Both the position numbers and the translations under genes were made by a program. Below are positions 63,785 through 64,000 of a DNA stretch of 64,000 nucleotides, piece by piece. Position 1 is the stretch's first letter. Each line of letters opens with the position of its first letter. The stretch is from the IMG/VR virus record IMGVR_UViG_3300023301_001182, positions 28,164 through 92,163 of that record. One strand, 5' to 3'. The notes under the pieces are model-generated. The model was given only the letters and a program-made list of their open reading frames with translations, was not told where the DNA came from and searched no databases. The DNA is from a virus.

Positions 63785-64000
63785 ATGACTACTAAGGAAC
63801 TGAGCAATGAGTTTGATATTTTATACAATAGTATTGCAACTAATGCAGCACCAGGTATAGACCTATATGAGAAGTCAGTTTATCTAACTAAAGCTCAATT
63901 AGAAATTGTAAAGAATTATTTTAATCCTAAAGGTAATAAATACCAAACGGGGTTTGAAGGAAGTACAAAGAGAAGAAATGATTTAAATGAATTAATTAAA
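63785..64000 (+). CDS. Partial ORF, putative tail ring / head-tail protein
   Basis: MTTKELSNEFDILYNSIATNAAPGIDLYEKSVYLTKAQ..., open to the window end. Confidence 0.65.
   Translation, partial: MTTKELSNEFDILYNSIATNAAPGIDLYEKSVYLTKAQLEIVKNYFNPKGNKYQTGFEGSTKRRNDLNELIK

Noticed and set aside
1-64000. Stop-codon reassignment as in some crAss-like phages
   Set aside because: Core genes are full length in the standard code; interruptions are explained by introns or one frameshift, and no convincing suppressor tRNA is present.
1-64000. Diversity-generating retroelement or retron
   Set aside because: No reverse transcriptase motifs and no template/variable repeat pair noticed.

Overview
A 64-kb, AT-rich segment of a crAss-like (Crassvirales-type) phage genome. 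TAnnTTTG promoter boxes point to a Bacteroidota host, and the standard genetic code fits throughout. Layout: (+) end of the virion RNA polymerase / large virion-protein module (1-7011); (-) replication and metabolism block (7.1-38 kb) with SF2 helicase, phosphoesterases, intron-split NrdJ, nucleases, a divergent UDG, a six-gene amidoligase/ATP-grasp/GATase cluster, primase, AAA ATPase, intron-split DnaB-like helicase and PolB; (-) region of small ORFs and structured RNAs including a tmRNA (38-47.7 kb); strand switch near 47.7 kb; (+) late block with GroES, GroEL, TerL, portal and major capsid protein. Main discovery: the Walker A motif of the DnaB-like helicase has to be assembled from three exons, one a 9-nt micro-exon (K-V-G), across two tandem group I introns. 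The second intron (2360 nt) has no recognisable homing endonuclease but carries five ORFs: four lie in peripheral loops and one runs across the catalytic core. Also notable: a tmRNA with a predicted 39-aa tag, tRNA-like RNAs in an inverted-repeat-bounded array, six tandem small proteins ending Y-[ED]-[IT]-[FY], and a palindromic element at fixed spacing upstream of two late promoters. All calls come from reading the sequence by eye; no database search or folding program was run.
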